A stretch of 64,000 bases of DNA from Lophium mytilinum (Eukaryota). The stretch spans positions 1 to 64,000 of the forward strand of contig MU004182.1 in the NCBI GenBank assembly GCA_010093605.1, written 5' to 3'. The position numbers and the translations under genes were made by a program. Shown in pieces: positions 12,660-25,614 of this stretch. Position 1 is the stretch's first letter. Each line of letters starts with the position of its first letter. Below the pieces are notes generated by a model, which was not told the DNA's origin, did not search any database, and was given only the letters and a program-made list of their open reading frames with translations.

Positions 12660-14189
12660 ATGACAGTTACGCGCAAGATGAGTCTCGCAGCATTGTCAAA
12701 CGAGCTTCTCAGCCGCATATTTCTCTTTCTCGATCTTCCCGACCTTTCCAAGCTGCTTTTTACGAGCCCGTGGCTTGCTAAGGCTGGCGAGCACAGTCTT
12801 TACTGTCACCTCAGTCTCAATGACAAAGTCTACCTGCTTGCATACGCACTATTGAGACGAATCCACAAATGTCGAAGCATGTGCGTCATGTCCATCTTCG
12901 CAGCTATGGCGAATGGAATGACCGTTGCTCCGACCGCTACTTGAACATGCTGAGCCTTCTAGTTCGGTTTCCCGGACTGAAGGGGCTTGAGCTTGCAATA
13001 CTTGATGATGCAAATGGTGCATTCCGCTCCATGGTTGACGATGCGCAACACTCACCTTCTCACTTCTTGAAAAATCTCCGACACTGTACGTCCTTGTTTC
13101 GCATCTTCCGTTTAGTGTTTCCAATTTGTATCTGCGCCACGTTTGACTATTAACAGTCAGCTTACGCATCGATCGAACCGCCACTGATACTGAACTACTG
13201 CCAACCTTGACATACATGTTTGGCCACCCAAATCTTCGACCACTGAAAGTTCGCTCCATACGGTTCAAATGCTTTGAACCGGAGCATCAAAACGACCTCC
13301 GTACCCCATTAGAAAATCTCCATCTGGAAGCATGCCAAATCGATGAACACCAGCTTGCTAAAATCCTCGCTCTTCCACGCGCCCTCGAATCCTTCACCCT
13401 CGCCGACGAGATCCCGATGGAGCAGAATACGTCTGCCAACCTCTCAACTGCCGCTGTTGTTGACCACCTCGCTGCACACAGGGATTCGCTCCAGAACCTG
13501 TGTTTGTGGCGGGATTTGGACGACCAAGAAGCCAACCAGAACAAGATTTTCACTGGCCAAACGGGTGCCATCCTGGCCCCCTTCAACGCCCTCGATAACC
13601 TTGAGATCGACCTCGATACCCTCATCGGGACCTTTGCTGACCCAGATCAACTCCGCAAGCTAGCAGACACATCTGCATGGCCCGGTTTATCGCATCACCT
13701 TCCCCCATGTCTCCGAAAACTCGCGCTTAGATACGTGTTCGATGTAGAGGGAGGCAATCACTGGACCTACCTCATGCAGCCATGCTGCGAAAGATTGCGG
13801 AGGATTTGCAGACTACAGATGAGCTTCCTATGCTCCGAGACCTTGAGTTGATAGAACTTCACATAGAGATATACGATGTAAATGAGGAGCTGGAAGCCAT
13901 TGCTATGGCAGAAGCTCGAGCCGCGGACGACTTAGATGAAGAGGGCGAAGATGAAGAGCAGAGTGAAAACGAGGATGGAACCGAAGACGAACATGGAACC
14001 GAAGATGAAGATGAGAGTGATGATGCAGACTCAGCCAGCGACGGATTATCTCAGCCAAAGGTCTTGGAGGGAAACACGGACTTCAAATCCATTTTTAAAC
14101 AAACAGGAAAGCGTTTGCAAGTGGCGCTCACAGTCGAGAAGCTGAGGTATGGAGATCGAGGGGAACATCAAAGATATCTAGGATGGTAG
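12660..14189 (+). pseudogene. F-box/LRR-like protein with acidic C-terminal tract; two apparent 1-nt frameshifts
   Basis: LSNELLSRIFLFLDLPDL F-box motif; LRR-like segments (LENLHL, LESFTL, LDNLEI, LRKLAL); intron 13086-13156; frame switches near 12858 and 13780. Confidence 0.7.
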
Positions 14190-14512
14190 TAAACCTGAAG
14201 TTGGCCATCATATTCCTGGTCTGAAATACTGGGATAAAGCCTAAAACATGAGTTACGCACGAAGAGGACCTCGGGAGAGGAGCAGATAGAAATTCGACAA
14301 GATTATCTCCTTTCATCTGTCTTATAATATAGTGCCAATCCTCTGCTCTGCTCCGCCACGCTGGAGCGCCCACTCAAAGGCCCTCCGTCTGCACAAACTA
14401 TGCCGTATTGCTGCGCCGCATGACAGAAGCCGGTTTATAAGACATGTCACATCACTGTTACTTAACATAATCAGCAACCCAACATTATCAGTTCACATCA
14501 ACTTTCATACCT

Positions 14513-15337
14513 ATGCACCACCACTCACCATTATTCCTCCTCGGGCTCCTCCTTAGCCTATTCACCACCTTCGTGTCGACAATGTCTTGCTCTAATGACT
14601 GGTCCGACGAGCCATTTCTACTACCCAGCTATGGTTCCCACGAAAACCGCCTGGCACTTGAATGTACAAGCCGCGAGCCCCCGACGCATGAACCAGGCCC
14701 ATTCGACAGCCTCTATGTATTGTGGGCATACATAGCAACCAGGCTGCCCACCACAGTCGTCCATTTGCGCATCACCGTCCCAGCTCTCGTCACCTATGTC
14801 TTAGGGCCAACATGGCGCGCCCAGCTCGCCGAGTCTGGCGGAAGGATCCTGAAGCAGCCTGGCGGCAATTGAACAGATGCGGATGAGACAGCGCTGGCGC
14901 TACAGATGGTGCGGGTGGGTGGTGCGGAGCTGCGTATCCCGTTTCACCTACGACGCGAGTGGGATATATGCGGCTCAGTCTGGGTTTCGGAGGTCGATCT
15001 AGCGCGGAGAGACGTCTTTGGGTGGCCGGACGGCGGGGGTCTCTGGGTACTGCCGTTGCCGTTCAATATGCGGGCAGAGAGATGGAAACCGGATAGCACT
15101 GGTAAGCTTGTCGATATAGAGGACCTGAGGGCGATGGCAAGTGAGAATCCGCGGATGATGGCAACGTACCTGCATGGGGGGGCTTACTTGGGGGGTTTGG
15201 TAGGGCTGGAGACGATGGGGGAGTTCTGTGAGAAGCTTGAGGAGCTTGGGGCGCGCTTTTATGAGGATCCGGGCGAGAGTAAGGAGGTGGCGGAATGGGC
15301 GAAGTTGCCGGTGTACGATCAATGTGGGATAGTATAG
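14513..15337 (+). pseudogene. putative secreted hypothetical protein interrupted by one in-frame TGA (14870-14872)
   Basis: Signal-peptide-like PLFLLGLLLSLFTTFVST. ORFs 14513-14872 and 14906-15337 share a frame and read GGN*TDADETALALQM. Confidence 0.65.
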
Positions 15338-15989
15338 AAGGCCCAAGTTTTGGAAGACTTTGGCCGTCTATATCCATAGACTGGACTTGGGGGCATATTC
15401 GGATGTTGTGTGTACATACTTGTTGTATTACCACATATATTCAGAAGAAGCAAGTGAATGACGATACTTCTGAGTTGGTTAGGGGAGCGGATATAGTGCA
15501 TGAAACAAGGGAAGCTTGTAAACCGAAGGCTTATACGATACAAGGAAGAAAAGCAAGACTGCGGTGTAGATAGATCATCTATCCACACGAGATGTTTCGA
15601 CAGACATTTGGCGGATCAAGAAATTGCCGATGCGTGCTGCAAAGGTTTGGCAAAAATTTAAAGAATTGAGAGAGGTTTGGAATATTTGAAAAAATTGCCT
15701 ACACATATTGAGGACGAGGAGCACGTGGGTATCACGGCCGGCGATGGCTCCAGCACATTGATACGACCCAATGGCGCACCTCCCCAGCTTCAACTCATTC
15801 TTCTGCGTCGCTTTTCCATCCGAAAAGCTGTGGTTCAAGCAAGCCTATCTCAAGGCGTGCCCTAAGGCTAATAATCCATAGCTACCATATCAGCGTTACA
15901 CGAAGCTCTGCGCCACACACCGATCGAGTCCCACCAGCTGCCGCTCCTAGAAACACCAAAACGCCATCCTATCCAAGTCCATCCATCCC

Positions 15990-17631
15990 CTACTCCTCCA
16001 TCTTCTCCCCATCCCCGACCACGCCCACATTCCCCTCCCCCAAATGCTTCAACAACCAACCCCTCTTGAAGTACGTATTCGGATGCAGAATCGTATCCAG
16101 CTCCGCGGCGCCCCAGCTCCCATCATCCTTGACCTTTTTAATCTCGCGTTTATGCGCCCACTCAAACACGCGGTTGCACGCAATATGGTACCGCTGCTTC
16201 TTCACATCCTCGCGCACCTGGCCCAGCACCTCCCTCTCATTAACTCCGGTCTTCTGCAGCAAAGAAACCAGAATGTCCGTACTGAACGTGCGGTAGGGGC
16301 ACCCGTGCGACTGGCCGGGCCCGGGCAGCGCTTCCGTGAGTATCTTCTGGCATGAGTAAGGCGTGTAGCCGCGGCCACGGCGATTTGCGTCGCCGCCGAC
16401 GTCGCCGTACACGTGGCGGATGTTGTATTTGTACTCTTTCGCGAACTTCTCGTCGGTGATGAGTTTGAAACTGCGGCGCCAGAACACGATGCACTCTTCG
16501 AGACTTAGCCCGATGCCTTTGAGGAAGAGGGAGTACTGCAGGCGGCCGTAGTGCTTGAGGTGCGAGTTCGCGCGGAGGGTTTGGTGGAGGTTTTGCATGC
16601 AGAGCGGGAAGTGCTGGGAGAGGGTGTCGATGGAGGCAGCGGTCGGGGCGGAGAGGCCGTCCACGGCGTCGGAGGAGCTGTAGGCGGCGTCGGGCGCTGT
16701 GAAGGATTGGGAGAGGTGGGCGAGAATTGGGGCGAGGCGGTCGTCTTCGTCGAGGCGGGGGAGGGCGCGAGCGGTCAGCTATTCCCGAATCGTTAGCTAT
16801 ACTGCTTTCAAAATAGAGAAAGTAGAAAGTTGGGAGTCTAAAGCATACCTCAAGCGCCTCATCCAACCGTCTCGTGAACTCGGCCACCACGAGACTCAGC
16901 TGCTCCCGGGCGGGTACATACGCCTTACCCCTCTTCAAGAACACCCTCCGCTGCTCCACCAGCTCTGGCACACGCTCCCAATCTACCTTGAACCACCCCT
17001 GCTCATCCACCTTCTTCAAGCCGCTCGCCGCGGACAGTTCGGCGCCCAGTTCCCTCCGCTCCTCCTCCTCCACCCGCTCCCATTCCAGCCCTAAGCTATC
17101 CACAAACTGCTGTCGCTCCTTGAGATCGTCGTCCTTGAACCTCAGCCGGAATAACATCGTCTCCAGACGCGAAAACCTGCGTCTCAGATCCTCGGTCGCG
17201 GAGAATGCCAGCCGGAGGATGAAATGCGAGTAATGGTCCTTCTTCCGCTCGTCCTGCAGTATACCACTCCGACTCGAATTTGCGTGCAGCGGCATGTGTT
17301 TTTCGAGAATCGATGTCATATATGTCGTGGTTTCTTCTTGGCTCCTATTACGGAACGAGCAGCCTTCTAGCTCTGAAAGAACTGTACACCACTACGTTAG
17401 CCTACGCTGTTCGCTGACTGCGGTTCCACTCTTAAGCATACCTTTCAATCGTCCAATGGCCCACACTTCAAACTCTTCGAGCGTAATCTCCGCCGTGGGC
17501 GGCACGACGTAAAAGTTGAGGCGGTGGTCATAGTCCTGCTGCTTGAAGCCCGGGTCGGCGAATTGCCGCCGCTTTGGGTCGATGTTCGGGCGGCGCTTTG
17601 GGTCCACGCGGGAGAAGTCTTGTCGGATCAT
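15990..17631 (-). CDS. PRI2: DNA primase large subunit
   Basis: KDHYSHFILRLAF, FPLCM, HLKHYGRLQYSLFLKGIG, YTPYSC, HGCPY, HPNTYF (Fe-S cysteines present). Introns 17441-17382 and 16848-16779. Confidence 0.97.
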
Positions 17632-17703
17632 CGTTGGTGTTGGTGGTGCTGTAAGGGTGTCTTGGGATAGTGCTCTGAGGGCGTGAGGTTGACGTTTGGG
17701 GAG

Positions 17704-17709
17704 ACGCGT
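17704..17709. promoter_or_regulatory. MCB element (ACGCGT) upstream of PRI2
   Basis: ACGCGT ~73 bp upstream of the PRI2 ATG; MBF sites are typical of replication genes. Confidence 0.5.
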
Positions 17710-18094
17710 TTTGGCGTGAAGTTCGTGTTGGGGGTGCACGGGCCAGGAAATTAAGGGCAGGGGTATGGTGGGGATGTCTCTGGCGTGTGGGTTTCGTGTG
17801 CAGAACAACTTCAGATAATAATGAGTCAAAACGTAGCTGGGCATTCGATGAAGCGTGGAAGATGCTTCTGATACCGTTTTTCTCAGTTACTTGGAGCACC
17901 AGCTCAGACGACTTAAGTTAATGCACCTTCTTCGGCAGGTATAATCTAGTCTATTGCATCCCTTATACTGAGATCTATCAACACTTACAGTGCCTTCATA
18001 CGACTCTGCTCACACGTTCATACTACTCCTTCTGCTGCTTCAATGCCCTAATTGAAGATAGAGCTGGTCACATGCAGGCCTCCCCATCTCACCC

Positions 18095-19280
18095 TCAAGC
18101 CACCAGGTCCCCCAGCGCATCCACATACGCCATTGGCACAACCTCACTCCCTTCGGCCAGAAAATCCTCCTTCTTACTCACCCCCGTCAATACTGCCAGC
18201 GTGCCCCCAAGCTTCCCCTCAAGCCCAAACTGGATATCCGTATTCAACCGATCCCCCACCATACATGTCCGCGCCCGGTCAAATTGAAACTTCCCCTCAA
18301 TCGCCTCCATCATCGCCTGGCTCGGCTTCCCCAATGCCAACGGCTCGGCCCCCGCTGCATACCTAATCCCCGCGCCCGTGCTACCGGCCCCAGGGAACAA
18401 GGCATGCGCCATGGGCAGACTGCTATCGATATTCGTGGCAAGGAACTTGGCGCCGCGCTGCAGATACTGATACGCTGTGGCCATCTTGAGGTAGTTTATG
18501 TGGAAGTCGAGGCCGGTAAGGACGATACCCACGTCTGGGTCGAGGGCGGAGCCGTTGGCGAGGGCGGTGAAGTCGTCGGGGGTCATGTCTCGACGGAAGG
18601 CTGGGTCGGTGCCGCCGATGTAGGGGACGGATTCGGCGTCGAGTTCCTGCTCGATGCCGGTTTCGCCGACGACGAAGACTTTGTTCTTGGGTGCGGGCAG
18701 GGAGAGGATGCGCGCGATGTAGACGGCGGCGCTGTAGGAGGAGCCGAAGACTTCTTCCTGGGGTGCGGTATTAGCGGGGAGTTGGTTGATGGGGGTATAG
18801 GGGGTCGGGGACGTACGACTTTGGCTTCGATGCCCATTTTATCGAATTTCTTCTTGTAGTCGGCGCGTGATTTGGTGCTGTTGTTTGTTACGAAGACAAG
18901 CTGCTTGCCTGTATTGAGGTAAGCATCGCTGCTGATCTATCTGTGTAGGTGTGTTTACCAGCTTTTCTGAGCATATCAAGTGTCTCCGGCACCTTTGGGA
19001 AGAGGTGGTCTCCAGACCAGAGGACGCCTATCCTTCTTCATAATCAGCCCTCGAGCAATTTTCCGTGTTCCTTTTGCCATTGTATCCTCGAGGTGATTGT
19101 TTCTATTCGATTTGGAGTTGCAGTATCATTGGGAAGCCATACCATCGCAGTCGAAGAGGAACACCTTTGACTATAAGTTAGCGACGCGATGAAGAGGACT
19201 GGGTTTCAGCTTACGTCAAACCTATCCAATAACTCCAGGATCGCGGCTTTGTCGCCGGTGAGATACTTGGGTTGCGACAT
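18095..19280 (-). CDS. PHO13: 4-nitrophenylphosphatase / HAD-IIA phosphatase
   Basis: MSQPKYLTGD start, FLFDCDG, FVTNNSTKSR, LATNIDS, GKPS, MVGDRLNTDIQFG; several short introns. Confidence 0.95.
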
Positions 19281-19558
19281 GTTTCAAGCCTGGCAAGAAA
19301 TTCCGTATGGGTGGGAGGGGGACTTTGTTGACGTTGCGCAAGGGCGTTGGCGGGATGAAAGTATTCATGGTGGGGCAAATCGGCGATTTATGACGATCGG
19401 AGGCTGAAGGTCAGTGCGAAGGCCGAGCCCAATTCACGGACACGCTGACTGTGCTAATACTATACTGTCAGACAGCTCCATTTTTGGACACATCTATATG
19501 CTTCGCGAGAGAAATGTGACGACGGCCGGCCAATGCCCTATAATCTAGACACCTCTAG

Positions 19559-21418
19559 TCAATCCACCAGGATCTGTGTCTCAAGCTCTTTGAAGTTCTC
19601 AAAGAAACTCTCAAACAGATTAATCGCGTGGTCTATATCGTGTGCGCCTCCCGTCTCGCGAATGCTGTGCATGCTCAGCTGCGGGTTGCCGAGATCCAAC
19701 GTTCTGGCTCCCAAAGCTGCCGACAACATGGGCCCAATTGTGCTTCCACAAGACGAGTCATTGCGGACAACGAAGAGCTGCAATGGCACGCCGTGTGAGG
19801 CCGACGATTTGCTGATAGAAGTCTTCTTGGCCCGGCGAGCTGCTTCCTGGAGGAGCACAATGCCAGGAGAGTTTGTCGCATAGCGGGCATTGGCGTTGAC
19901 CTTAATGACGGTACCTTTATTCATCTCTGGGCGATGAGCCGACTCGTATTTAGCAGGGTAGTTAGGGTGAACGGAGTGCGCCATATCAGCGGAGATCAAG
20001 AAAGATGTCGACAGCGACTGCTCGTACGCAGTAGCGGACTCGGCCTCAACCTTGTCATACGACTTATCTGAGTTGGAGTCAGACGCAGGGAGGACCGACA
20101 GGCGGCGAATGACAGCCGGAAGGAGATTGGAGTCGGCGCCTTGGGCTGTCTGGCTTCCAATCTCTTCGTGGTCGAATAGGGCGATGAGACGGATTGTGGA
20201 ATCATCGTCTAAGGCTGATGGCGACGCAACAGACGCAATCAGACCTTCGACACTGCAGAATGACATGACGAGGTTGTCCAAGCGGGCTGAGAAGATCAGC
20301 TCGTTGTTCAGACCACCAATGACGGACTTCTGAGTATCGTAAAGCACCAGTTCGAAGTCTAAGATGTCCGCAGGCTTCACACCAGCTTCCTCGGCAACGA
20401 TCTCCACAATGAAGGGGTGATGTCGCTCGGTTGGCGTCTGAAGGGGTTCAAACGGGCCGTCCTCGCTCTTGGGCTCCTCCTTTTCGTCGCCAGTCTTGCC
20501 CTGTCTGTTCAACTCAGCAGCCACCAGACCAGCAATGGGATACAGCTGGGTCTCCTTGTTGAACTGGAAGTTCTCCTGGCGATCGAGATGGATGGCCAGG
20601 GTGGGGATGCGCAGGATGGGCCTGTCGACCTTGACTAGACGCTGCTCAATTGAACCATCCTTTGTCTTCACCATTGCACGCCCGGCGATGCTGAGGTCCC
20701 GATCAAACCAGGTGTGCCAGAGTCCTCCTCCATACGTCTCACAGGCCACCTGCAAGAAACCATCGCTCTGGCGCTTCGACACGGGCTTGAGTCGCAGACA
20801 CGGGGAGTCTGTGTGGGCTCCAATCATGCCAATGGAATTCCCCGCCTTCCACTTCTTGCCAATGGCAAAGGCGACGATGGAGGAGGCATTGCGGGTGAGA
20901 TAATACTTCTCGCCGGGTTGCAGCTTGGATGCCCAAGAATCGCGTTCCTGCAACAGACAGGGTCAGCTCTGTAACGCGGGACTAGTTGTATCCATAGGAC
21001 AAGGCTGCCAAGCTGGCCTTGCAGGTCGCAAGGGTCGAGTGGAGGGATGGAGGTCGTATCATTGCTGTAGGGGACTCTCATTCGACAATGGAGCTGTGCG
21101 GCTGTGACGGGACGTTGGGGGTGGCTCGATTTATGCTCTGACGGCACACACCTTTATAGGCTTGAACCCGGCCTTTTCCAGACGCAGCTTCGCAGACTTC
21201 ACGGCGTGGAAGGCTGGACGTGTGAGCTTCTTCTAGCAGATGATGGGATGTATGGGCTGCTCACGAGTCGGAGAGGCGTTCACGAAAGACAGGAAGTCCT
21301 CAGCGCTCTTCAACGAGGGATTGGTAGTCGCCATGGCACGCGAGCAGAGAGTAACGGCAATGCAGGTGGTGGTCGGGGGGAAGGGTCGGTTTGTTCGAGA
21401 GGCGCGGATGCTCAGCAT
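19559..21418 (-). CDS. APE4: aspartyl aminopeptidase (peptidase M18)
   Basis: NASPTPFHAV, GAHTDSP, HTWFDRDL, RLDNL, FDHEEIGS, SADMAH, CGSTIGP, MHSIRE. Second ATG at 21334. Introns near 21205-21265 and 21151-20948. Confidence 0.96.
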
Positions 21419-21531
21419 AGGATAGGCGCACGACGCTCTAGTAACGCTTTGTCCGGCCCTTACGGCAATAGTTAGGCGTGGTGGAGGTGGCCTGGTGGTT
21501 CGCTGGGCATTGGGCGTGTGCCGCCGCCGCT

Positions 21532-21630
21532 TGTCGCCGGGCAGTTTAAGCAGAGCCCACGGCCAAGAGACGTTTCGCTGTCGCCGGGCAGTTTAAGCAG
21601 AGCCCACGGCCAACAGCCAAAAGACGTTTC
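21532..21630. repeat. 47-bp-period direct repeat in the APE4/CDH1 divergent promoter
   Basis: TGTCGCCGGGCAGTTTAAGCAGAGCCCACGGCCAA identical at 21532-21566 and 21579-21613. Confidence 0.95.
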
Positions 21631-22297
21631 AGCGGCTGGAGCTAGCCCTCCACGCCCTCCCCGGCACGCGTGCGGGCCGTCGAAACCACAACAAACCGGC
21701 GACGACGTGACGGAAATACATACAGACCCTCCCTGCACTTGCACGCTCTCTCCTTGCGTGCCTTGCTGCCTCAGGTTCGAGACTCTCTCTTGCTATCCAA
21801 CACCATCGCTATCATCGCCATCCCTCACTGCTTGAGACGCAGCCCTCACTGCTCCAGCTGATCCGTCACGACGCCAACGGCCAAGGGGTCCTAGCTTCGA
21901 TCGCCGCAAACCCCAAAACATTGGCACGGGCATCCCTATCAACCAACCTCACCTCCCGACACCACCCACCACACCCGCACTTCGCCATCATCACCACGAC
22001 GCCTGGCATGCCGCTGCATGAAACCTGACCGACCCCCTCGACAACTGCTGCGCGCTGCTTTCTGCGCCCGTCACTGCGAAGGCCAAGCTGCATCCCGACG
22101 GCCTCTAAACCGACCTCCTCGACACTCTGTACATTCGCCGACCACCTCACCCGTCGTACCACGCGCCGCGGACGCCTTCCTCGCCTTTCCGCGCTGCAAT
22201 TGTGTGCGCTGTGCGAGCTTCACCCGCTGCTGGACTCTGCGACATCCACCTCCGCTGAAGCTGCAAGCGCCATCTGCGAATTCACAACACTGCCATT

Positions 22298-24348
22298 ATG
22301 GCTGACTCCGAGCTGCGCACCGATGTGCCAGTCGCATCGACAGAGCAGTATGCCGACGAAGTGCGTACGCCTACCCTCATCTCCCCGCCCGAGTCGAAGA
22401 CACCCCCCACCGCCAGCCACAAGCGACACCACAATGGCTTCGTGCCGCACAACCACGACAGAGGGTCGGAGCCGGTGGATCCCACAGCGCTGAGCAGGGC
22501 TTTGGAGCAATTCGACCAAGCAGGCCGGGCGCGAGAACGGACGCCGAACGCTAGTCCCAGCAGGAAGCGGCAGCGAGTCTACGGAGACAGGTTAGTGAAT
22601 AGAGTATCTAGGCCAGCACAGAGGCAGAGATCTGCAGAGGGCTAGGCGCTTCTCTGGAGCTTGCGCGCTGACAATTCTCGTTAGATTCATTCCCAACAGG
22701 TCCGGCCAAGACCTCCAGGCGAGCTTCAGCTTGCTCCACGACGAGGGTTCACCAGCGACACCATCGCGGTCAGCGAAGAGAACGCCGCATCATGAGCTGC
22801 ACTTTCAGAGAAGTATGCATCTTCCTGCTCCAGTTCGGGAATCCAGCTAACAAGCAATTGCAGCCGAGGAAGCTAACAAGACGTACTCATCCCTTCTACG
22901 CTCCGAGATGTTCGAACAGACCGTACCTCAGGCGATACCGCATAACCTTTCTCCAACCGAGCGGACCACTTTCCACGACCCTACTAGATCGCACACCCCA
23001 CCGACGAGGTCAACCTCTGTGCACCCCGCCCCCGCACTGACTCCATCGACCCCACACAAGAATCTCTTCTCATATGCATCACCACGGTACAGCTACTCGG
23101 GACAACCAACGCCATCACGAACTCCACAGAGCAGACACGGCCCCAATCTCAATGCTAGGTCCGAGATATACAGCTTATCGCCCGTCAAGTATAGCAGCCA
23201 GACAATGCTGTTGAGCCCAAGGAAGACTCCGCGAGCCGTCGCCAAAGTTCCCTACAAGGTACTAGACGCACCGGATCTAGCTGACGATTTCTATTTGAAT
23301 CTCGTCGATTGGGGAAGTCAAAACATACTTGGCGTTGGATTGGGATCTTGCGTGTATATGTGGAACTCGACGTCTGGCCGCGTGACGAAACTCTGCGAGC
23401 TTCCAGATGACACTGTTACAAGTGTCAATTGGATCCAGAGGGCAAGTTGACATCATGCCTCGAACCATTCAGAATCACATGCTAATACTTGAAAAGGGTT
23501 CGCACATTGCGATTGGAACGCATAAAGGCTTCGTGCAGATCTGGGATGCAATTTCACAGCGTCGGCTACGTACCATGACAGGTCACACAGGCCGAGTAGG
23601 GGCCCTTGCATGGAACGAGCACATCCTCACATCGGGTTCCCGCGATCGCCTAATCTACCACCGCGACGTACGACAGCCAGATCAATGGCTACGCAAGCTC
23701 GTTGGCCACAAACAAGAAGTGTGTGGTCTGAAATGGAACTCGGAAGACGGCCAGTTGGCCAGTGGCGGCAACGACAACAAACTCATGGTTTGGGAAAAGC
23801 TAAACGCAGAGCCCACCTTCAAGTGGAGCGAGCATATTGCTGCTGTGAAGGCAATCTCCTGGAGCCCTCACCAGCGCGGGCTCCTTGCAAGCGGTGGTGG
23901 TACTGCTGACCGGACCATCAAGTTCTGGAACACTCTCATCTCTCCCCATGGACCTTCATCTGCCTCCCTCGCGGCTGCAGCTGCCGCGGCGGCCGCGTCG
24001 AATCCAACCAGTCTGCCGACCTCCCCATCTGCTCCTGCAAATCTGCTCAGCAGTTTGGACACCGGCAGTCAGGTGTGCAACTTGGCATGGTCGCGCAACA
24101 GCAACGAGATCGTCTCCACCCACGGCTACAGCCAGAACCAGATTATCGTCTGGAAATACCCGAGCATGCAGCAGGTCGTGTCCTTGACCGGCCACACCTA
24201 CCGCGTTCTCTACCTTGCCATGAGCCCGGACGGCCAAGTCATCGTCACTGGCGCCGGCGACGAGACTCTTCGGTTCTGGAACGCATTCAAGAAAAAGGAG
24301 CGGACGGGCGGTCTGGGCGGCATGGACAGCTGGGGTGTAATTCGGTGA
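22298..24348 (+). CDS. CDH1: APC/C activator Cdh1/Fizzy-related WD40 protein
   Basis: C-box DRFIP, KVLDAPDLADDFYLNLVDW, GHKQEVCGLKW, GAGDETLRFW, C-terminal IR tail. Introns 22591-22684, 22813-22863 and 23442-23496 (GC-AG). Confidence 0.96.
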
Positions 24349-25614
24349 GCGTGGTGGTGCGACTTCATCTCCAGGCGTTTGGGAATCTGGCTTTCTTATG
24401 ACCTCTCGATATCATGGCATGGTGCATGGGATGGGGCGTTTGGACGGGCGGGATACCTACGACAGCGTTTTCTATTGGGGATTTGGTCGGATTTGGAGTG
24501 TGGGGCTTTCGGTGCCTTGGACTCGTTTAGATGATTGACGCAAATGGCTGGTTGGGTGGTTGGAAACGGGCCTGGCCGGACGTATTTAGCATTGCATAAA
24601 TGGCCGCTGACGGCCCGTGTCCGTATTACAACCAAGATGAATCTTGTGTGTACTACTTTCCTGCTGCGGAATTTACTGTTGGTGATGTAATGGCCTGTTC
24701 GTGCTATTGAAATTTAGTCTTGACGGTTAGACTTTTGCGGACACGTAAAGCTTTTGCAGGCAAGTCAAACTCTTGCAGATCATTGAAACCTAAGTAAAGA
24801 TTTAGGAGGGAGGGTCACGAACTTCCCTTTTCTAAAGCAGTCCGCATCTCGTAGATTTCGACAATTCTCTCCATCCACGTCGACGCTTCCTCAAATCTTG
24901 AAAGTTCTATCAGGCGTTAAACTTTTCTATGATATCGAGGCCCGGAATCTTAGAGAGCGTGTGCTTTACGTCAAAACTTATAGATCTCAGGGTCCCTCTC
25001 TCTTAAAATCTTCCATAGTAACATACCTTCAGGTCATGTTCGTGGTCTCCCATTAGACAGCGGACTAACAAATGTCGTCGATGTCACATGCTTCTTCCCT
25101 TTTGTCTCTGCCACGACAATTACGTCCCTAAGGCGGTAAGCAGATTCTCCCTCAACTCTATCCCTTGCTCTCTCAAGCATCAGTAGAATTTCAATCCAAA
25201 TGTCTCTTAAATCAGAACACCCCCGCGAAATGCTCACGCCGCAGCAAGCTCGTATTACCAACTTTTCGGACCGATGGCCCTATACTGCTTTCCAGCCCAG
25301 AGTAATTCCTTGATGATTTGCTCTTGTCATAGGGCCATCAGCTCCGGTTGTAACGTGTACGAGATACCTCCAGGGTTAAAGCATGGTTGACGGGGTTCCG
25401 ATCCATTCAAGAATGCTGACATGCTAGGCGGATTTCTTTTCGTGAAACATTCATCGAGCGACCATCAACGTGTCCTCATTCGTATTCCATGAATCACTTT
25501 GCTTGGCTCTCACCCCAGGGCCCCCGAATAGGTACATCTACTAAAACAGTCCATCCCCATTTCAACTTTCAACGTAAATGTAAAGAATCACTGCAAGTTC
25601 AACTTCTCGTCGCC

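Noticed and set aside
20948..21151. Unusually long (204-nt) APE4 intron as a snoRNA host or introner-like element
   Set aside because: No box C/D pair or clear hairpin, and no second copy in the window.
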